From Clostridia bacterium (GTDB lineage Bacteria > Bacillota > Clostridia > Oscillospirales > JAAYXM01): 64,000 bases of DNA. This document shows positions 60,152-64,000 of the stretch, piece after piece. Both the position numbers and the translations under genes were made by a program. The notes under the pieces were generated by a model. The model did not search any database. It had not been told where the DNA came from and was given only the letters and a program-made list of their open reading frames with translations. How positions within the stretch are numbered: position 1 is the stretch's first letter; each line of letters begins with the position of its first letter. The stretch spans positions 27,103-91,102 of the forward strand of contig JAFYQP010000053.1 of the NCBI GenBank assembly GCA_017559855.1. Direction: 5' to 3'.

Positions 60152-62599
60152 CTAAAATTCAATCGAATTTACATCTGCTATTATTGTAAGTCGTCTGTTT
60201 CTGCTACTGCTCCTGAAATCACAAAGGACACGTGAAATAAGTTCACGGAATCTTTTCGTATTTTCACAACAGACGGAAATTTTATATCTGTACTTTCCGC
60301 TAACCTTTAAAAGTGATGCGGGAGTCGGCCCGTAAATTTTTGCATTTAAATCGTTGTACTCACCACTGAGTGCACGATTTAATTTATCTGCCACACCTGC
60401 ACTTCCGTAGAACACGTCAGACTCGTTAACGCCGGATACAACCAAGGTTATTATATCGCAAAACGGCGGGAATGACCGCATCTTTCGAAGATTTATTTCG
60501 GTATTATAAAATGCGTCATAGTCCTGCTTTGCCGCGTGATGTAAAATTGCGTTTTTCGGCGATACCGTCTGGATAACCGCACGGCCGCCCTTTGCCCCCC
60601 TGCCTGCACGTCCTACAACCTGAGTTATGAGCGAAAAGGTATTTTCCTGTGCTCTGAAATCGTCTATATTAAGTGCCTGATCCGCACTTAACACGCCTAC
60701 AAGGGTGACGTTTTCAAAATCAAGTCCCTTTGTTATCATTTGTGTACCGATAAGTATGGGTACTCGCTCTCGCTCGAATTTATTTAAAATCTGCTCGTGC
60801 GATGAAAGTGCACGGGTTGTGTCGTAATCCATACGAAGCACTTCAACACCGGGAAACAACATTTTAAGTTCATCCTCAAGTCGCTGTGTTCCCGCACCGT
60901 GAAACTGCATTTTACTGCCACAGTTAGGGCAAACGTCATTTGCCGGAATTGAATATGCACAGTGATGACACATAAAACGTTTATTTGCAGAATGATACGT
61001 GAGGGTAACGCTGCAATTCGGACATTCGGGTGAATATCCGCAGTCTCCGCATATTGCATATCTTGCCTGACCACGTCTGTTTAAAAACAGTATGCTCTGT
61101 TCCCCGTTTTTAATGTTTTCTTCAAGTTCATAAATTAGCGTCTTGCCGAGTGTGCCACCGTTTCCTCCTCGTATCTCCTGCCTCATATCAGAGATAATTA
61201 CACGGGGTAATTTCTGTTCATTGAATCGGTGAGACAAGGTGTAAAGGCAGTATTTTCCGCTTTTTGCGGCATACATACTTTCAATTGATGGAGTAGCCGA
61301 ACCTAAAAGAAGCATTGCACCATTTGACACGCATCTGAATTTTGCAATATCTCGTGCGTGATACCTCGGCGTATTGCCCGATTTATACGTATGCTCCTGC
61401 TCTTCATCCATAATGATAAGCCCTAAGTTCGGAATAGGTGCAAACACCGCGGAGCGAGTACCGACAACAACGGAAACCTCTCCTTTTTTTATCCTCTTCC
61501 ATTCGTCAAATCTTTCGCCTATTGAAAGTGCACTGTGAAGAATGGCTATTTTATCGCCAAAATAAGAATAGAACCGTTCCACCATCTGCGGTGTAAGGGC
61601 AATCTCTGGAACAAGCATTATCGCACCTTTTCCCATCTCGATTGCCTTCTCAATAAGTTTTATGTAAACCAAAGTTTTGCCACTTCCGGTAACTCCGTAA
61701 AGAAGTGAGCAGGATGGTTTTTGAGTGTCGAGTTTTAGGGAGAGTTCGGTATAAGCAGCTGCTTGTTCGGCATTTAATTTAATATCTTCACGGGGTTTTC
61801 TGTCGTTTAGTTTTGGTCTGCGATAGACCTCAACCTCGGAGAGTTCTACAATGCCACGGGATGCCAGAGTGTTAATCGTTGCAGATGTTGCACCTGTAAA
61901 ATAACATAACTCCTGCATTGCTGCACCGCCGATATTTCTCAGAAGTTCAAGTATTGCCTTCTGCATTGGTGCACGACGTCCGAGACCTGATAGGTAATCG
62001 TCAAGAGCATCTTCATCCACGGCAAGTTTTACGTTTTTTGCAGTTTTGTCTCCAACCTTACGGGATGCCACGTCCGTCGTATACACAAGACCTGATTTCA
62101 GGAGAATTTCCATCTCCTCCGGATAGTCATTCTTTACGCCGTCTTTTGCATGGATAAATACTCCTGCCACTTCCTCCGCTCTGTCGGACTTTGAAAGTGC
62201 AGCTACAATATCGTCATGGGTTACACCATCTTTTAAGTGGAACACCTGAGTAAACTTATACCACAATGCGGTAGGAAGTTGTGCACGGAAAACATCATAA
62301 AGTGCACAGAAGCATCGCTCACGCACCCAAAGGCTGAGTTTGAGATCATCTTCATTAAGTACAGGCTCGTCATCTAAAACCTCAAGCGCTTCTTTAAGTT
62401 GCTTTTTACCCTCATCTACTGCAAGGGAAAGAACCATTGCCTCACATCGTTTGTTGCCTCTGCCAAATGGTACCATTACCCTTTTACCCACTTGAATCTT
62501 ATCTGAAAGGATTTCCGGGATGCGGTAATCATAAGGCTTATCGATGGCGAAAATCGCTTTACTTACCGCAACTCGTGCTATATTATACATTTCCGCCAC
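60152..62599 (-). CDS. priA: primosomal replication restart helicase PriA
   Basis: 815 aa. GVTGSGKT, MDEEQE and Cys-rich zinc insertion CGDCGYSPECPNC...CHHC...CPNCGS. Confidence 0.95.
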   Translation of the reverse strand: MAEMYNIARVAVSKAIFAIDKPYDYRIPEILSDKIQVGKRVMVPFGRGNKRCEAMVLSLAVDEGKKQLKEALEVLDDEPVLNEDDLKLSLWVRERCFCALYDVFRAQLPTALWYKFTQVFHLKDGVTHDDIVAALSKSDRAEEVAGVFIHAKDGVKNDYPEEMEILLKSGLVYTTDVASRKVGDKTAKNVKLAVDEDALDDYLSGLGRRAPMQKAILELLRNIGGAAMQELCYFTGATSATINTLASRGIVELSEVEVYRRPKLNDRKPREDIKLNAEQAAAYTELSLKLDTQKPSCSLLYGVTGSGKTLVYIKLIEKAIEMGKGAIMLVPEIALTPQMVERFYSYFGDKIAILHSALSIGERFDEWKRIKKGEVSVVVGTRSAVFAPIPNLGLIIMDEEQEHTYKSGNTPRYHARDIAKFRCVSNGAMLLLGSATPSIESMYAAKSGKYCLYTLSHRFNEQKLPRVIISDMRQEIRGGNGGTLGKTLIYELEENIKNGEQSILFLNRRGQARYAICGDCGYSPECPNCSVTLTYHSANKRFMCHHCAYSIPANDVCPNCGSKMQFHGAGTQRLEDELKMLFPGVEVLRMDYDTTRALSSHEQILNKFERERVPILIGTQMITKGLDFENVTLVGVLSADQALNIDDFRAQENTFSLITQVVGRAGRGAKGGRAVIQTVSPKNAILHHAAKQDYDAFYNTEINLRKMRSFPPFCDIITLVVSGVNESDVFYGSAGVADKLNRALSGEYNDLNAKIYGPTPASLLKVSGKYRYKISVCCENTKRFRELISRVLCDFRSSSRNRRLTIIADVNSIEF

Positions 62600-62611
62600 C
62601 TCCCTTTATAG

Positions 62612-62647
62612 ATTAAAAAGCGGAGTGGACGCACTCCGCTTAATTTT
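62612..62647 (-). terminator. hairpin between rpoZ and priA
   Basis: AAGCGGAGTG-cgtc-CACTCCGCTT on the minus strand, followed by TTTTAAT. Confidence 0.5.
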
Positions 62648-62841
62648 TAGTCGTTTTCTCTAATAATGAGTTTGCCGGATGCAAGTTCATTAACAGCGGT
62701 TCTTACGGGTTTTTCAGTAAGGGGTTTACCCTCTTGTTCTGCCTCGTCAGCAATCTGACGTGCACGTTTTGCAGCAACGTTTACAAGCATATAACGGCTG
62801 CTTACCTTTTCCATTAATACGTTCATTGCGGGATAAATCAT
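62647..62841 (-). CDS. rpoZ: DNA-directed RNA polymerase subunit omega
   Basis: 64 aa. SRYMLVNVAAKRARQI. Confidence 0.9.
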   Translation of the reverse strand: MIYPAMNVLMEKVSSRYMLVNVAAKRARQIADEAEQEGKPLTEKPVRTAVNELASGKLIIREND

Positions 62842-62856
62842 AATTTCATACCTCTC

Positions 62857-63126
62857 TTAATTATTTTCGTAATTTGCTTCTAATTCATCTTCCTTAATAT
62901 CTAAACGGTGAGCCACCGTTTCAGGCAGTATTGCCGACAGTACCACGTGGTCACTGTCCATAATAATTACCGCACGGGTACGACGTCCGTAGGTTGCGTC
63001 AATCAACATTCCACGGTCCCTCGCTTCCTGCACGATACGCTTAATAGGTGCGGATTCCGGACTTACAATGGCGATAACACGTTCTGCTGACACCACGTTG
63101 CCGAAACCGATGTTAATAAGTTTCAT
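62857..63126 (-). CDS. remA: RemA/DUF370 family protein
   Basis: GAGGTG RBS then ATG 63126. [54 protein letters not shown]. Confidence 0.9.
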   Translation of the reverse strand: MKLINIGFGNVVSAERVIAIVSPESAPIKRIVQEARDRGMLIDATYGRRTRAVIIMDSDHVVLSAILPETVAHRLDIKEDELEANYENN

Positions 63127-63137
63127 ACCTTGCACCT

Positions 63138-64000
63138 CTATTCGATGTTCTGGATCTGCTCACGGATTTTCTCAATCTCCGCCTTAAGATCCACAACATA
63201 CTGTGCCATCGTGACGTCATTTGCTTTAGAGCCGGTAGTGTTTGCCTCACGATTAAATTCCTGAATGAGGAAGTCAAGTTTTCTGCCGATTGCACCACCT
63301 GATGCCAACATATCACGAGTCTGTGCAATGTGGCTTCTTAAACGTACAGTTTCCTCGGTGACCGCAATTTTATCGGCAAAGATTGCCGCCTCGGTAAGTA
63401 TTCTCTGCGGTTCAATATTCACATTTTCCAAAACCTCACGCATACGTGCTTCCAACTTCTCACGGTATTCCACAACGCAAAGAGGACTACGCTCCTCTAT
63501 CTTACCGACAATTTCCTCAATATTGTCAAGGCGAAGGAGAATATCTGCAACGAGTTTTTCACCCTCAATTACCGCCATAGCATTATGTGCCTCAACCGCG
63601 GTTGCAAGGGCTGATAAAACCTCTGCTTTAAGTTCCTCTTCGTCGGTTTCTTCCTTGGTCACGGTAAGCACGTCCGACATACGCATAAGACGAGTTGCCG
63701 TAAGGTCGTTCTGAACACCAAAATCACTTTCAAGTTTCTTCGCGATTTCAATATATGTCTCAACCATAGGCTCACAAAGTGCCACACTTACATCGGTACT
63801 CTTAGACGTGTCGATAGATACGAAAACGTCTACTTTACCACGACCGATAAATTTCTGCGTATATGCTTTTATCGGCTCTTCAAGGAAAGTACAGCCGCGT
63901 GGTGTGCGAATTGAGCAATCAAAATAACGGTGATTTACCGATTTAATTTCCACCGTAACGTCTCGTTTTGCACCGATATTTTGTCCTCGACCGTAGCCGG
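63138..64000 (-). CDS. yicC: YicC family stress-induced protein (5' end a few codons beyond window)
   Basis: The frame stays open upstream of the track's Met: own translation of 63954-64000 gives ..[28 protein letters not shown]-terminal DUF1732-like [13 protein letters not shown]. Confidence 0.88.
   Translation of the reverse strand, partial: GYGRGQNIGAKRDVTVEIKSVNHRYFDCSIRTPRGCTFLEEPIKAYTQKFIGRGKVDVFVSIDTSKSTDVSVALCEPMVETYIEIAKKLESDFGVQNDLTATRLMRMSDVLTVTKEETDEEELKAEVLSALATAVEAHNAMAVIEGEKLVADILLRLDNIEEIVGKIEERSPLCVVEYREKLEARMREVLENVNIEPQRILTEAAIFADKIAVTEETVRLRSHIAQTRDMLASGGAIGRKLDFLIQEFNREANTTGSKANDVTMAQYVVDLKAEIEKIREQIQNIE

Overview
The window looks like core chromosome of an endospore-forming Firmicute. 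Clostridia, possibly Oscillospiraceae/Ruminococcaceae-like, is my inference from gene content and protein sequences only. It is densely coding and almost entirely housekeeping or sporulation genes. I saw no CRISPR array, rRNA, transposase, phage block or obvious defence island. Main content, left to right: (a) ilvE (partial), a pseudo-deacetylase, a Xer-type recombinase, uninterrupted pro-sigmaK and ogg; (b) PBP1A, groES-groEL behind a textbook sigmaA promoter plus CIRCE operator, and an M23/M50 (SpoIVFA/FB-like) pair; (c) gpsA-plsY-der, yceD-rpmF, tRNA-Gln and a glgB-C-D-A-P-GH13 glycogen operon; (d) dacB-like, pgi, an ABC/GldG-like/DUF4340 operon, hisS-aspS and gap; (e) a DUF4358-lipoprotein/MBOAT/DHHW operon, radA and cwlD; (f) a long block syntenic with the B. 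subtilis yloC..thiN region (yicC, remA, rpoZ, priA, def, fmt, rsmB, rlmN, prpC, prkC, rsgA, thiN). The best candidates for an undescribed system are two tight operons of envelope proteins: DUF4358-lipoprotein/MBOAT/DHHW at 45360-48661 and ABC-ATPase/ABC-2 permease/GldG-like/DUF4340 at 34294-38979. Three orphan proteins also stand out: a PAS-DHp-CA-like pseudo-histidine-kinase, a 136-aa minimal P-loop protein and a Cys-rich protein. At the regulatory scale there are three sigmaE-type promoter candidates in front of orthologues of known B. subtilis sigmaE-regulon genes. There is also an 18-nt UP-like element shared by the gap and tRNA-Gln promoters, and a terminator-containing short leader in front of hisS-aspS where a T-box would be expected. 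All family assignments come from reading the translations by eye, because no database search was possible.
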